A program made the position numbers and the translations under genes. This document shows positions 8,531-18,967 of a DNA stretch of 27,454 nucleotides, piece by piece (position 1 is the first letter of the stretch; each line of letters opens with the position of its first letter). The notes beneath the pieces are model-generated. The model made no database searches, was not told the DNA's origin, and saw nothing but the letters and a program-made list of their open reading frames with translations. The stretch comes from a virus (taxonomy: Duplodnaviria > Heunggongvirae > Uroviricota > Caudoviricetes): IMG/VR virus record IMGVR_UViG_2531839332_000012, one strand, 5' to 3'.

Positions 8531-9670
8531 ATGGCTGGAAATACCCTGACCGGGTTGATCCCGACTATTTATACCGCCCTGGATGTTGTATCCCGTGAGC
8601 AGGTAGGTTTTATCCCTGCGGTAGCAAAAAACGTAAAAGCTGACGCCGCAGCAAAAGATCAGACGGTAACCGCGCCAGTTGCGCCTGAGGCGAAAACCGA
8701 AGATATCGTACCGGGGCCGTCAGCTCCGAATACCGGTGATCAAAATATTGGCACTGTTGATGTAAAAATTACTAAATCCAAAATGGCACCGGTTAAATGG
8801 AATGGTGAAGAACAACTGGCTCTTGGCCCTTCAGGGACTTACAACACCATTCTGGCTGATCAGTTCAAGCAGGCTTTTCGCGCCCTTGCAAACGAGGTTG
8901 AGGCTGATCTTGGTGCGTTGTATTTCGGTGCTTCCCGCGCCGTGGGAACCGCAGGGACAACGCCGTTTGGTGTTAAAGATGATCTTTCTGATGCTGCTCT
9001 GGCTCGTCAGGTTCTGGAGGATAACGGCGCACCGACAACCGATCTGCAGATGGTGCTTGGCTCCACTGCCATTGCTAATTTGCGCGGAAAACAGTCTGTA
9101 TTGTTTAAAGTGAATGAATCCGGCACTGAACAGCTACTGCGTGAGGGCGTGTTGGGGCGTCTGGAGGGATTCAATATTCACAGTTCGGCAGGTGTGAAAC
9201 GAGCGCCAAAGGTTGCTGCAACTGGTTATCTCGTGAATGGAGAGAAAAAAGAAGGCGATGTTCTTATTTCCATTGATACTGGTTCGGGGAGTATTTCTGC
9301 AGGTCAGATTGTTACGTTCGCTGGTGATCCGAATCAGTATGTTGTGGCAGCAGCGACCAGCAATCTGATTACTCTTGCAGCGCCCGGACTGCGTCAGGAT
9401 CTGGCCGATGATACTGCCATCACAGTTGTTGGGGCCTTTACGGCAAATATGGCGTTTGATCGCAACGCGTTTCTGCTGGCATCCCGTACTCCGGCAATGC
9501 CGGAAGGTGGCGATAATGCTGATGATGTAATGAATGTTACGGACCCGATTTCAGGGATTACGTTCCAGATTGCACTGTATCGTCAGTATCGCCAGGTGCG
9601 CTATGAAGTTGGACTGGCATGGGGTGTTTCATCAGTGAAGCCGGCACATGGTTGTCTGATTCTTGGTTAA
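8531..9670 (+). CDS. Major capsid protein
   Basis: ATG 8531 is preceded by AAGGA at 8516-8520. The ~379-aa product sits after the scaffold gene and is followed by a strong terminator hairpin, as is common for coat genes. Confidence 0.7.
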   Translation: MAGNTLTGLIPTIYTALDVVSREQVGFIPAVAKNVKADAAAKDQTVTAPVAPEAKTEDIVPGPSAPNTGDQNIGTVDVKITKSKMAPVKWNGEEQLALGPSGTYNTILADQFKQAFRALANEVEADLGALYFGASRAVGTAGTTPFGVKDDLSDAALARQVLEDNGAPTTDLQMVLGSTAIANLRGKQSVLFKVNESGTEQLLREGVLGRLEGFNIHSSAGVKRAPKVAATGYLVNGEKKEGDVLISIDTGSGSISAGQIVTFAGDPNQYVVAAATSNLITLAAPGLRQDLADDTAITVVGAFTANMAFDRNAFLLASRTPAMPEGGDNADDVMNVTDPISGITFQIALYRQYRQVRYEVGLAWGVSSVKPAHGCLILG

Positions 9671-9680
9671 ACATTCAAAC

Positions 9681-9700
9681 GGGGCTTCGGCCCCATTTTT
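9681..9700 (+). terminator. Intrinsic terminator after the major capsid gene
   Basis: ggggc-ttcg-gcccc hairpin followed by ATTTTTA. Confidence 0.5.
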
Positions 9701-9712
9701 AATGGGGGGCAT

Positions 9713-9889
9713 ATGGCCGGATTAACTAAAGAGCAAAGAGCACAGCGTGAAGCCGCACAAAAAACGCAAATTGAGTTAGTGGTTATGGTGACCGATTATC
9801 AGATGTTTCCCGGCGCACCAACTATCGCTAATGTTCATCCTGATGAAGTTGACAACTGGAAGGCTATGGGCTGGAAAACTCAGGAGTAA
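9713..9889 (+). CDS. Small hypothetical protein (58 aa), absent from the ORF track
   Basis: ATG 9713 is preceded by GGGGGG at 9704-9709. I translated it by hand with no internal stop: MAGLTKEQRAQREAAQKTQIELVVMVTDYQMFPGAPTIANVHPDEVDNWKAMGWKTQE. It fills the gap between capsid and connector genes, and its 3' end supplies the SD (CAGGAG) for the next gene. Confidence 0.45.
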   Translation: MAGLTKEQRAQREAAQKTQIELVVMVTDYQMFPGAPTIANVHPDEVDNWKAMGWKTQE

Positions 9890-9892
9890 CAC

Positions 9893-10288
9893 ATGATCAC
9901 TTACGTGACCTGTGATGACGTTGATAATGCGTTTGGGAACGCCTGGACGAGTGAGAACGCTAAAAATAAAGCTGTTTTAATGGCTAATGCCTGGCTTAAT
10001 GGCTTCAACCTGAAAATTAACCCATCCCGTATTCCGGAAGAGGTAAAACTTGCGGGAGCATATGCAGCCAGAATTGCCTCATTCGGTAAGTTGTTTCAGC
10101 AGAAAAATGATTCTGGCGTTGTTATCAGTAAAGCCGTGTCGGCTGACGGGGTCAGTGTATCGAAATCATTTTCTGAGTTGCCAGCAAACAGCACTGCATT
10201 GCTTGAACCCGATTTACAGCTTGCGATAGCACTGCTGAAACCGTACGGACTTAGTCGCTCACAAGTCAGGGTTGTGAGGGGGGGATAA
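9893..10288 (+). CDS. Head-tail connector / head completion protein (putative)
   Basis: 131-aa ORF with SD CAGGAG; first of four small, translationally coupled neck genes. Confidence 0.5.
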   Translation: MITYVTCDDVDNAFGNAWTSENAKNKAVLMANAWLNGFNLKINPSRIPEEVKLAGAYAARIASFGKLFQQKNDSGVVISKAVSADGVSVSKSFSELPANSTALLEPDLQLAIALLKPYGLSRSQVRVVRGG

Positions 10289-10671
10289 TGGGGCTTCGTG
10301 AAGAGATTCAGTCAGAGGTTGCCGCTGCTTTTGATGAGGATTTAGCGGACGCCGTGAGTGATTTTTCTGGTTCTTACGTTACGCACCGGCACTGGGATCC
10401 TGTGACGGAAACTGGCGGCGAATCCACCGCAATCTATACCGGGCGAGGCGTGTTGACACGTTATAAGCTGGGCAGAATTGATGGGATTAATATTTTGCAT
10501 GGTGACCTTAAATTAACCGCTCTGGTATGCGAGGTTACGGATAAACCAGCTGTCGACCATATTATTGAGATTTATGATCCTGTATCAAGGCAGTTACAAC
10601 GATACGAGGTAATTACAGCAAGTGTAGATCCTTCCGCATCAGTTTACTCTATCCAGTTAAGGAGAGCGTAA
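10288..10671 (+). CDS. Head-tail adaptor / head closure protein (putative)
   Basis: 127-aa ORF. Its start overlaps the upstream stop (TAATG) and is preceded by a GAGGGGGGG SD. Confidence 0.5.
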   Translation: MGLREEIQSEVAAAFDEDLADAVSDFSGSYVTHRHWDPVTETGGESTAIYTGRGVLTRYKLGRIDGINILHGDLKLTALVCEVTDKPAVDHIIEIYDPVSRQLQRYEVITASVDPSASVYSIQLRRA

Positions 10672-11052
10672 ATGGCAAAGGCATGGGATATAGAACCGTC
10701 AATATTTGCCGGGATGATTGAGGAAGATGTAGGGCTGAAGATTCGCTACATCGCTATTCAGATTCTTACTGCTATTGATATTGCTGCTCCGGTTGATACC
10801 GGACGTTTCAGAAATAACAACCTGGTGTCGTTACAGCATCCCGATTTTGGTATATCTGATAACGTGGATCCGAACGGTACGATTGCTGTTCAGCGTGGGA
10901 TCGGGGTTATTTCGAAAGCTGCAAATTACGGAGTTATTTATATCCAGAATAACCTTCCTTATGCAGAGGCTCTTGAAAACGGTCATTCACAACAAGCGCC
11001 AACTGGCGTGTATGCCAACGCTTTTCATGGTGTTTTACAGGCTTACAAATGA
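10672..11052 (+). CDS. HK97 gp10-like neck / tail-attachment protein (putative)
   Basis: 126-aa ORF with SD AAGGAGAG. It contains the motif PVDTGRFRNN, which resembles the DTGxLR signature of the HK97 gp10 family. Confidence 0.5.
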   Translation: MAKAWDIEPSIFAGMIEEDVGLKIRYIAIQILTAIDIAAPVDTGRFRNNNLVSLQHPDFGISDNVDPNGTIAVQRGIGVISKAANYGVIYIQNNLPYAEALENGHSQQAPTGVYANAFHGVLQAYK

Positions 11053-11441
11053 CGTTTACTGAAATCAGAAATACGGTTATTTCCAGAATGACGGCACAGA
11101 CGATTATTGATGGAAAAGACGTATTGTATCCGAACGCGCCAACGTTCGATCCTTCCGGTAAGTTAATCTGGGCGCGGTTAAGTAATATTCCCGGGCAGGC
11201 TGGAGTTAATGAAATTGGCGCGGGGCCGATTGTTTATCGCACGGGGATAATCATTATTCAGTTATTTGTCCCCGCAGGTTCTGGTTCAAAACTCATTACT
11301 GAGACAGCCGATAAATTGCGGGAACTGTTTGAGTTTCAGGATGACGATCGTCTCAGTTACCAGGCTGTTTCCTCAATAGCCGTTGGCGAAAAGAATGGCT
11401 GGTTCCAGCTTAATCTTCAAATTCCATATCGCGCGCTCTAG
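11049..11441 (+). CDS. Tail completion / tail terminator protein (putative)
   Basis: 130-aa ORF overlapping the upstream stop (ATGA), immediately upstream of the major tail gene. Confidence 0.5.
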   Translation: MTFTEIRNTVISRMTAQTIIDGKDVLYPNAPTFDPSGKLIWARLSNIPGQAGVNEIGAGPIVYRTGIIIIQLFVPAGSGSKLITETADKLRELFEFQDDDRLSYQAVSSIAVGEKNGWFQLNLQIPYRAL

Positions 11442-11467
11442 CGCAATTAATGACATAGGAGGCTCCT

Positions 11468-12430
11468 GTGAGTTCAGGTGCAAAGGTTATCTCGGCATTT
11501 ATCCGGGAGACGGTTGCAGGCACTACGCCAGCAAGTGGTGACTGGAGTTTATTAAAACGCACAAGCTGGGGAGTAAAACCCACCCAGAATAAAGGCGAAA
11601 ATAATGAGATTGGTGGCTCCCGGATGGCTCAGGGGGCGACGCCTGGCACTGTGGATGTCGGCGGTGATGTTGGTACCAAATTTCGCTGGGGTCAACATGA
11701 TGATTTTCTTGCATCCTGTTTCGGCGCGGAATGGTCAGGCGATTCTCTGACAATGGGGAATGAGCGAATAACATTTTCTCTGGCGACCTATGCGTCCGAT
11801 GTCGGAATTGCCTCTGTCGTCAGAGGAGCGCAGGTTGGCTCATGGAAAATGCAGATCCCTAACGACGGCGATATTACAGCGACCGTAACCTTTGCCGGAC
11901 TGGACTGGGAATCAAAGGCCGATGATACGAATTTTATCAAAGGCGAACCTGTGGATAGTGCAGGAAAGCTACGTTATTCGTTTAAGGAGGTTTCAGCAGT
12001 AAGCCTGAATGGTGTTGCCGGAGGTAACGGTTTTTGTATCGACAGTTTTGATATTCAGTTCGATAACAAACTCCAGACACAGCGTTGTATCGGGACTGGC
12101 TCGCCTTATGCAGGAGCAAATATTCCGACTACTTTTACACCGTCCGGTACGGTGACGCTTTCATGGTCTAAAGCCGCGTGGGAAATCTGGAGTAAAACAC
12201 TGACTGGAGAAACAGTTCCGTTCAGCTTCACGCTTTCGAATGGAGAGGGGGCATACACTTTCAGTTTCCCGAAGGTTCAGGTGTCAGGTGAATGGCCTGA
12301 TGGGGGTAATAGCGACATTATCCAGGTTCAATTGAGCATTACCGCAGCAGATGAAGCACCTACGATAACCAGAAAAAAAAATTCCCCGGCTGCCGTGATC
12401 GCAAAAGCCAGTGCTGAGGCGATTAGTTGA
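11468..12430 (+). CDS. Major tail (tube) protein
   Basis: GTG start preceded by AGGAGG at 11457-11462. The 320-aa product is Gly/Ser/Thr-rich and lies directly upstream of the G/GT chaperone pair and tape measure. Confidence 0.7.
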   Translation: MSSGAKVISAFIRETVAGTTPASGDWSLLKRTSWGVKPTQNKGENNEIGGSRMAQGATPGTVDVGGDVGTKFRWGQHDDFLASCFGAEWSGDSLTMGNERITFSLATYASDVGIASVVRGAQVGSWKMQIPNDGDITATVTFAGLDWESKADDTNFIKGEPVDSAGKLRYSFKEVSAVSLNGVAGGNGFCIDSFDIQFDNKLQTQRCIGTGSPYAGANIPTTFTPSGTVTLSWSKAAWEIWSKTLTGETVPFSFTLSNGEGAYTFSFPKVQVSGEWPDGGNSDIIQVQLSITAADEAPTITRKKNSPAAVIAKASAEAIS

Positions 12431-12478
12431 TTTTCCGTTATTCCTCCTGTGGTACTGCCCTACAGGGGGACGCATTGA

Positions 12479-12940
12479 ATGAGGTTATGGATGTTTATTC
12501 TTAATCAGAAAATTATCATTGGTGTAGAACGCTGGTTTACGCCAATGAAGGACTTAAAACCTGTAGACGGGTTAAAACTGTTGGTGGCAAGCAGCGATAA
12601 CGATCAGTATCGCTCCCGTAATGCATTAATCCGTCGCCACATTGAGAAAATGGATGCCAGTTTGCACGTCGGAACGAAGGAGTTTGATATTTCAAAGGTT
12701 TCCGAGGTGGATTCTGTTGATGATTTACTCATTGATAATGCCGCTCGTTATCTGCTGAAAGACTGGAAAGGGGTTGGTGAACTGGTTAATGGTGTTGAGG
12801 TTGCACTGGAATATACGGCAGAACGAGGGATCGCGCTGCTTAAGCAGAATCCAGAGTTGTACTGGCAGATCCTTGCAGAAGCAGCCAGCATCGCCCAGGG
12901 TAAAGAGCAGCAGAAGCAGGATACGATAAAAAAGCCATAG
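12479..12940 (+). CDS. Tail assembly chaperone (lambda gpG analogue)
   Basis: ATG 12479 is preceded by GGGGGA. The ~153-aa acidic product ends just after an A AAA AAG slippery heptamer, and the -1 frame stays open to 13248. It sits between the major tail and tape measure genes. Confidence 0.75.
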   Translation: MRLWMFILNQKIIIGVERWFTPMKDLKPVDGLKLLVASSDNDQYRSRNALIRRHIEKMDASLHVGTKEFDISKVSEVDSVDDLLIDNAARYLLKDWKGVGELVNGVEVALEYTAERGIALLKQNPELYWQILAEAASIAQGKEQQKQDTIKKP

Positions 12941-13248
12941 CTGCCCAGCGGTGGTTATCGGAGTTCGGGGGAGAAAGGGGGGAAAAGGCAAGATGGAAGC
13001 GAGAAAAACTCAGGTTGCCACCGATACCGGAACCAGAAATAGACCCGGTGCTTAAGGAGTTGTTGTACGCCTATTCGGTAATATCCCGTGCCCGACGTTA
13101 TGCTGGAATGGCTGGGGTGCCTTTGCCTTTATCTCTGACAGAGATAAATGAATATTTAACCACTCATCCGGTATTGATTGAGCGCGATGAATTTGAAGCA
13201 GTGATCTTTGCACTGGATGACCAGTATTTTCAGGAGCAGTGTGTGTAG
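12479..13248 (+). CDS. Tail assembly chaperone frameshift product (lambda gpGT analogue), made by -1 ribosomal slippage at 12928-12934
   Basis: The -1 frame is free of stops from the heptamer at 12928-12934 through 13246-13248. The predicted junction is ...QDTIKK then KAIAAQRWLSEFGGERGEKARWKREKLRLPPIPEPEIDPV... Coordinates are the outer limits of the two joined segments (12479..12934 and 12934..13248). Confidence 0.6.
12928..12934 (+). promoter_or_regulatory. Slippery heptamer A AAA AAG for programmed -1 frameshifting
   Basis: The zero-frame codons AAA (12929-12931) and AAG (12932-12934) are preceded by A at 12928. This is the same heptamer class as E. coli dnaX. The G-frame stop follows 1 codon later. 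Confidence 0.6.
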
Positions 13249-13369
13249 TTGTTAATTACGTACACTCTGTTACAGAGATGTGATGGTGTCTTTAATTAAA
13301 TCGATGATGCTCCTGGAGAAAAGCATTGCGTGGCCTCGTAATCGCTATATCTACTATTATGTCGCCTGA

Positions 13370-13396
13370 AACCCACTTCGCGGTGGGTTTTTTGTT
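13370..13396 (+). terminator. Intrinsic terminator-like hairpin just upstream of the tape measure gene
   Basis: aacccac-ttcgcg-gtgggtt forms a 7-bp stem followed by TTTTTGTTG. It ends ~18 nt before the tape measure ATG at 13414, whose SD GGAG lies at 13401-13404. Confidence 0.45.
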
Positions 13397-13413
13397 GTCA
13401 GGAGTTTTAATAA

Positions 13414-16400
13414 ATGGCAGAGCAAACCTCGCGTCTCGCAATAATTATTGATAGCACTGGAGCGAAAAATAATGCTGACAATCTGACCTCCTCATTAGTC
13501 AAAATGACGCAGGCTGGGGAAACTGCTGCAAATAGCGCAGGGAAAGTGACTAAGGCAACAGAAGATGAGAAGAACGCGCTCGCAAAATTAAAAGCAGCTA
13601 TTGATCCAGTTGGTGCCGCAATTGATACTGTCGGTCGACGCTATTCTGAATTAAAGAAATTTTTCGATAAAGGGCTTATTGATAAAGAAGAATATGAATT
13701 TCTTGTCCGTAAACTTAATGAAACCACAGAGGAATTGAGCGGGGTTGCGCAAGCGCAGAGAGAAGCCGAGAAGGCCGGAAAACTTGCTGCCGCCCAGCAG
13801 GAAGCGCAGGCTCAGGCCTTTCAAAGAATGCTGGACAAGATCGACCCTCTGGCTGCGGCGCTAAGAAATCTTGAACAACAGCATGATGAACTTAATGCTG
13901 CGTTTGCATCCGGGAAAATAAATGGTTCTCAGTTTGAGAATTATAGCCGAAAAATACAGGAAACACGGCGAGAGCTTACCGGAGAGGCTCAGGCAGAGCG
14001 AGAAGCAGCAAAAGCGCATGATGAACAGGTTGTTGCTTTGCAACGTCTGATTGCTCAACTTGATCCTGTCGGAACTGCTTTTAATCGTCTGGTAGAACAA
14101 CAGAAACAGCTCAATGAAGCAAAAGCTAAGGGGATGCTTTCTCCTGAAATGTATGAGGAGCTTTCTGGAAAACTTCGTGCTATGCGGAGTGAGCTTGAGG
14201 TTACTCAATCACAATTAAGCAAAACCGGAATGTCGGCAAAACAAACGGCTTTTGCTATGCGCATGTTGCCTGCACAAATGACGGATATTGTTGTTGGGTT
14301 GTCCACTGGTCAGTCGCCATTTATGGTGTTAATGCAGCAGGGCGGCCAGCTAAAAGATATGTTCGGTGGGATTGGCCCGGCGATCAAAGGGGTAGGTTCT
14401 TATGTGCTGGGATTAATTAATCCTTTTACCCTGGCCGCAGCAGCCGTTGGGGTCTTAGGACTGGCTTACTATAAAGGCTCTCAGGAGCAGGACGAATTTA
14501 ATAAATCTCTTATTCTTACCGGAAATCAGTTGGGGACAACCAGCGGGCAATTGGGCGATTTAGCTCAACGTGCCGGGAATGCGGCTGATTCGACAACTGG
14601 TGCTGCGGCGGCAGTATTAAATCAGCTTGTGCGTTCGGGAAAGGTAGCGAGCAGTTCGCTGGAGCAAGTGACGACAGCGATAGTAAAAACGAGCGAAGTA
14701 ACAGGAATATCAACCGAACAACTGGTTAATGACTTCAATGAAATTGCAAAGGATCCTGTCAGTGCCATATCAAAACTTAATGATCAGTACCATTTTCTGA
14801 CACTTGCGACTTATAACCAGATTAAGGCGCTACAGGATGAAGGGAACCAGCAGGAGGCCGCCCGCATTGCGACAGAAGAATACTCATCCTCAATGATCCA
14901 GCGCACCAACCAGATTAAAGAAAATCTTGGTTATCTTGAGACTGCATGGAAAGCTGTCGCAGACTCCGCAAAATGGGCATGGGATTCCATGCTGGATATT
15001 GGCCGTGAGGCCTCCCTTGATCAAAAAATCTCAGATGTTCTCCGTCAAATTGATGAAATAGAAAAAAATACCCGATCCGGAGTTTTCGGGTTAGGTGGCA
15101 TTGGAGATGGCGGAGCTCAAAATAAAAGGCTGGCACGATTAAAGCAGCAATTGGGCGTACTTCAAGCAGAAAAAATTGCTCAGGACGTACTAAATTCATC
15201 AATAAACGATTACAACAAGCGACAACAGGAAGGAATTGAACTCAGACAGAGAGCAGATGCCTTTTCAAAACAATATCAGACCCGGGAGCAGCAGAGAGCT
15301 AGTGAACTTGCAAAACTGGAAAAGCTAAAGAATCAGTATTCAAAGGAAGAATATAATAATCTTATCGCTCAAATAAATGAGCGTTATAAAGATCCAAAGC
15401 AACCAAAGGCGAAAGATTATTCTGATGATGCAGCCCAACGAATGATTGATCATCTGAATCAACAGAATGCGTTACTAAGTTCACAAGCTGAGTTGACCGT
15501 TAAATTAAGTTCCTCTGAACAGGAACTGGTTAAGTGGCGTCAGCGGATTGCCGACCTAGAGTCACGACCATCATCGAAATTAACCCAGGATCAGAAATCG
15601 CTTCTCTTACACCGGGAAGAAATAACCACGTTGATGGAGAAAAATGTTGCGATTGAAAAAAATAACAGGCTAATCAAGGAATCCGCCGAAATAACAGCAT
15701 GGCGTGATTCATTGCAGGCTTCGATTGATAATCGTCAGCAGGGGTATGATATTCAGATTGCTGGTTATGGGGTTGGCGATAAAAATCAGCAACGCCAGCA
15801 GGAATTACTGCGGATTGAACATGGATATAACAATCAGCGTCTGCAACTTGAACGTGACTATGCAGATAAATCCCGTGGAATGTCAGATCATGTTTTTCAA
15901 GAGAAAATGCAGGCTCTGAATGATGCTCTGGAACGGGAAAAAGAAATTGTCAGACAGAAAAACGAGCAGCTCGATATTCAGGCAGGAGACTGGGTTAGTG
16001 GTGCCTCCCAGGGATTCAATAACTGGCTGGATGACACTAAGGATATCAGTGAGCAGATAAAATCAACCACGACTCAGATGTTTGATGGGATGACCGATGC
16101 GCTGGGTGATTTTGTCACGACAGGCAAGGCAAATTTTCGTTCTTTCGCTACTTCCGTGATTTCGGATCTTAGTCGAATAGCATTAAAGGCTTCAATTACT
16201 GGGATTTTCGACAGCATTAGTAACAGTTCTTCTGGGGGGATTTTAGGAACTATCGGGAGTGCTATTAGTAAATTTATTCCGAATGCAAAGGGCGGTGTTT
16301 ATGAGTCTCCGTCATTGAGCACGTATTCGAACGGTATTTATGATTCCCCGCAATTTTTTGCTTTTGCAAAAGGGGCTGGTGTTTTTGGTGAGGCTGGACC

Positions 16401-16647
16401 GGAAGCCATTATGCCATTAACACGAACTTCCGATGGTTCTCTTGGTGTCAGAGCTATTAATAGTAAAAGTGGTAATGGAGGCGGAGATATTACCTATGCC
16501 CCTGTATACCAAATCACTATTCAAAATGACGGCCAGAATGGAGAGATTGGCCCTCAGGCAATAAAAGCACTTATGGGGATGGTTGATCAGCGGGTGCAGG
16601 GCAATCTGTTAAATATGCGACGTGATGGGGGAATGTTAAGTGGCTAA
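13414..16647 (+). CDS. Tail tape measure protein
   Basis: 1077-aa protein with a long coiled-coil Ala/Gln/Glu-rich N-terminal half and hydrophobic mid-region ([35 protein letters not shown]), at the canonical position after G/GT. Confidence 0.9.
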
Positions 16648-16978
16648 TACGGAAGAATTTCACTGGTTACCAGAGGATGGAATGAAAACAGAAAATAAAC
16701 CATCGATAAAAACTGTAAGATTTGGCGATGGTTATGAGCAACGAAGTCCAAATGGACTTAATCATTCTCTGCGCGTTTTCACCTGTGATTTCAAAGTTGA
16801 GGCGAATGAACGTGATTCATTTGAAAAATTTTTAGCCCGGCATGAAGGCTATAAATCTTTTTTTTGGCGCCCGCCGGGTATTAACAGAAAAATCAGAGTG
16901 GTGTGTCGAACGTGGTCAGCGACAGAACATATCACCTATACCGATTTTTCGTGTCAGTTTGACGAAGTGGTGATCTGA
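16640..16978 (+). CDS. M: Minor tail protein M (lambda gpM homologue)
   Basis: Contains [16 protein letters not shown] and [17 protein letters not shown], matching the lambda gpM family. GTG 16640 overlaps the tape measure stop; ATG 16682 is an alternative start. Confidence 0.8.
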
Positions 16979-17652
16979 TGCAGGACATACAACAGGAAAC
17001 GCTGAATGAATGCATTCGTGCGGAGCAGTCGGCCAGCGTGGTGCTCTGGGAAATCGACCTGACCGAGGTAGGCGGGGATCGCTACTTTTTCTGTAATGAG
17101 CAGAACGAAAAAGGTGAGTCTGTCACCTGGCAGAGTCGGCAGTATCAGGCCTATCCCATTCAGGGGAGTGGATTTGAGATGAACGGCAAGGGCAGTGCTG
17201 CCCGTCCGACACTGACGGTCTCTAACCTGCACGGCATGATCACCGGGATGGCGGAAGATCTGCAGAGTCTGGTCGGCGGAACGGTGGTCCGGCGTAAGGT
17301 TTACGCCCGTTTCTGGATGCGGTGAACTTCGTCAACGGAAACAGAGCCGATCCGGAGCAGGAGGTGATAGCCGCTGGCGCATGAGCAGTGCAGCGAACTG
17401 AGCGCGGTAGTGCCTCTTTGTACTGTCCACGCCGACGAAACGGATGGGCGTTTTTCCGGGCGATCATGCTGGCAAACCTGCACCTGGACCTATCGCGGGA
17501 GAGTGCGGTTATACGGTCCGGCGTCGCGGATGAATATGACCAGCCACGTCCGATATCACGAAGGATAAATGCAGCAAATGCCTGAGGGTGTAAGTTCGCA
17601 ATAAGTCGGCAACTTTGGCGGCTTCCTTTCCATTAACAAACTTTCGCAGTAA
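16978..17652 (+). pseudogene. L: Minor tail protein L (lambda gpL homologue), frameshifted in this sequence
   Basis: The N-terminus [33 protein letters not shown] is lambda L-like, but the frame stops at 17325 after ...VYARFWMR. The homologous sequence continues in another frame (AVNFVNGN...), implying a 1-nt loss in ttctggatgcgg at ~17311, with further shifts downstream. Confidence 0.75.
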
Positions 17653-17657
17653 ATCCC

Positions 17658-18285
17658 ATGACACAGACAGAATCAGCGATTCTGGCGCACGCCCGGCGAT
17701 GTGCGCCAGCGGAGTCGTGCGGCTTCGTGGTAAGCACGCCGGAGGGGGAAAGATATTTTCCCTGCGTGAATATCTCCGGTGAGCCGGAGGCGTATTTCCG
17801 TATGTCGCCGGAAGACTGGCTGAGGCAGAAATGCAGGGTGAGATTGTGGCGCTGGTCCACAGCCACCCCGGTGGTCTGCCCTGGCTGAGTGAGGCCGACC
17901 GGCGGCTGCAGGTGCAGAGTGATTTGCCGTGGTGGCTGGTCTGCCGGGGGACGATTCATAAATTCCGCTGTGTGCCGCATCTCACCGGGCGGCGCTTTGA
18001 GCACGGGGTGACGGACTGTTACACGCTGTTCCGGGATGCTTACCATCTGGCGGGGATTGAGATGCCGGATTTTCATCGCGGGGATGACTGGTGGCGTAAC
18101 GGTCAGAATCTCTATCTGGATAATCTGGAGGCCACAGGGCTGTATCAGGTGCCGTTGTCAGCGGCGCAGCCGGGCGATGTGCTGCTGTGCTGTTTTGGTT
18201 CATCGGTGCCGAATCATGCCGCATTTACTGGGGACGCGAGCTGCTGCACCATATTCCTGAACAACTGAGCAAACGAGAGAGGTAA
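17658..18285 (+). pseudogene. K: Tail assembly protein K (lambda gpK homologue), frameshifted in this sequence
   Basis: Split between ORF 17658..17888 (MTQTESAILAHARRCAPAESCGFVV...) and ORF 17831..18268 (MQGEIVALVHSHPGGLPWLSEADRR..., with HxH and Cys motifs of the K family), with another shift near the 3' end. Confidence 0.75.
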
Positions 18286-18292
18286 CCGACAA

Positions 18293-18907
18293 ATGGCAGC
18301 GACGCACACACTCCCTCTGGCGTCACCGGGCATGGCCGCATCTGCCTTTACGGGGATTTACAACGATTTGGCGCCGCATCGACCTTCGGTGAAAACGGGG
18401 CGAAGCCATCCGGGCGCTGGCCACAGTCCCGGCTTTCGTCAGAAACTGAGACGGCTGGTACAGGTCGCATTGCCGGGCGTGATGCAGGTGAAACCGAATT
18501 TCTGCCCGTCTTAATGAGCCGCTGGAAATGGTGCCGTGATCCATATCGTGCCGCGTCTGGGGCAAAAGTGGCGGTGTGTTTCAGGTGTGCTGGGGGCGGC
18601 GTTATTGCGGTGGCATGGTGGAACCCTGTGGGCTGGCTGGGTGCCGCGGCTGTATCGGCATGTTCGGGCCAGTATGATCTGGCGGTGTGGCGCAGATGCT
18701 GGCACCGAAAGCCAGGACGTCCACGGCAGCCAGTACAGATAACGGCAAACAGAACACCTATTTTTCCTCACTGGATAACATGGTTGCCCAGGGCAATGTT
18801 CTGCCTGTTCTGTACGGTGAAATGCGCGTGGGGTCCGCGTGGTTTCTCAGGAGATCAGCACGGCAGACGAAGGGGACGGTGGTCAGGTTGTGGTGATTGG
18901 TCGCTGA
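18293..18907 (+). pseudogene. I: Tail assembly protein I (lambda gpI homologue), multiply frameshifted in this sequence
   Basis: Starts MAATHTLPLASPGM, then homologous segments appear in different frames (IHIVPR..., IAVAWWNPVGWLGAAAVS..., AQMLAPKAR...TDNGKQNTYFSSLDNMVAQGNVLPVLYGEMRVGS, ending QVVVIGR). Confidence 0.7.
18604..18713 (+). repeat. Copy A of a ~120-bp duplicated gene I segment (deletion-bearing copy)
   Basis: The first 55 nt are identical to 27335-27389. The remainder matches 27390-27454 apart from about 10 missing nucleotides at several positions. Confidence 0.7.
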
Positions 18908-18967
18908 TGCAAAATGTTTTATGTGAAACCGCCTCCGGGCGGTTTTGTCGTTTATGGAGCATGACGA

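Noticed and set aside
13249-13413. Small ORF or ncRNA in the gap between GT and the tape measure gene
   Set aside because: Only a ~20-codon ORF without a ribosome-binding site is present. The gap is better explained by the terminator-like hairpin at 13370-13396.
18928-18950. Hairpin accgcc-tccg-ggcggt followed by TTTTGTCGTTT between I and J
   Set aside because: The stem is short and the U-tract interrupted. It lies inside a region with suspect sequence quality, so I do not call it a terminator.
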